The translations under genes were made by a program, and so were the position numbers. Below are positions 63,358 through 64,000 of a DNA stretch of 64,000 nucleotides, in pieces (within the stretch, counting starts at the first letter, position 1; every line of letters begins with the position of its first letter). The notes under the pieces were generated by a model. The model ran no database searches, had not been told where the DNA came from, and saw nothing but the letters and a program-made list of their open reading frames with translations. The DNA comes from Phoronis australis (lineage: Eukaryota; Animalia; Phoronida): NCBI GenBank assembly GCA_002633005.1, contig NMRA01000394.1:1-64000 (forward strand), given 5' to 3'.

Positions 63358-63955
63358 ACGGATTGTTCTAAATTCACTCGACTCCACGACCACCAAGACC
63401 CACGACCCACAAGGCGTTGGACCCACGACCTGGTGGTTAAAAACAGAAAGTTGCGTAAGAACATGATCTGAAAAAGCGAACTGTGAGCATGCTGTCGTTG
63501 TCACGGAAATAGTTCCACGAGTGGCAACTTCCTGTTCTACTAAACTTAGGGAGATAGTACGTTAACATGAATGGACATAATTTCACATTTCATTATTTGT
63601 TTTCTGTTTGATTCCCATTTACACTATACTCCATGTGACCTTTTCATACTTTTTAGTTAACTGTTTGCTTTTTACTGTATTTACTGAGGAAATTACGTAT
63701 TCGTCGGTACGTCACCCTCACTAAAAAAGCTTGAGCCTGCCATTCAATGAAGAGTAAACGAGACGATTACACTTGGCCCGGAACGACATTTAACGTTGGT
63801 GGGTCTCTGATATAATTTGGTCGCGTTGATTTTCTGTTTTTGGCTTTCAGACTTGCCGAATTGTCGTGGGGGTTGTGGGTCGTGGGAGTTGTGGGTCGTG
63901 GGGGTTGTGGGTCGTGGGGGTTGTGGGTATCGAAGAGGCTTTAGAACAATCCGTT
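63358..63955. mobile_element. Non-autonomous TIR element, same family as 23845-24627
   Basis: ACGGATTGTTCTAAA...TTTAGAACAATCCGT. Subterminal 15-bp repeats GGGGTTGTGGGTCGT at 63865-63928. Confidence 0.75.
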
Positions 63956-64000
63956 CAATCCCAGACACTGGGTGAGCTATTGAACATGCCAGAATTCATG

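Overview
Eukaryotic (invertebrate-animal-like), AT-rich, repeat-rich draft scaffold with one long gap (20163-20781) and single-N contig joins (562, 8315, 9177, 17125, 29321). Two spliced host genes converge. On the + strand is a secreted CAP/SCP-domain gene (signal peptide, RNKR furin site, CAP, EGF-like, ShKT, Thr-rich stalk, hydrophobic/GPI-like tail; five exons found at 3910-22229; the exon(s) for the C-terminal half of the CAP domain were not found). On the - strand is an 8-exon nicotinic acetylcholine receptor alpha subunit (63011-44425, about 474 aa). The rest is mostly mobile DNA: a Gypsy LTR retrotransposon 3' end, an internally deleted Kolobok(P)-like element, a near full-length RNase H-bearing LINE with TSD, an L1/Tx1 relic, a Polinton/Maverick end (AGTAGT terminus plus degraded protein-primed PolB with an inserted VSR-like nuclease), MITEs with 8-bp, 5-bp and TTAA TSDs, local duplications and satellites. 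I cannot demonstrate a new biological system here; the best leads are listed as findings. All family assignments come from motif recognition by eye, not from database searches.
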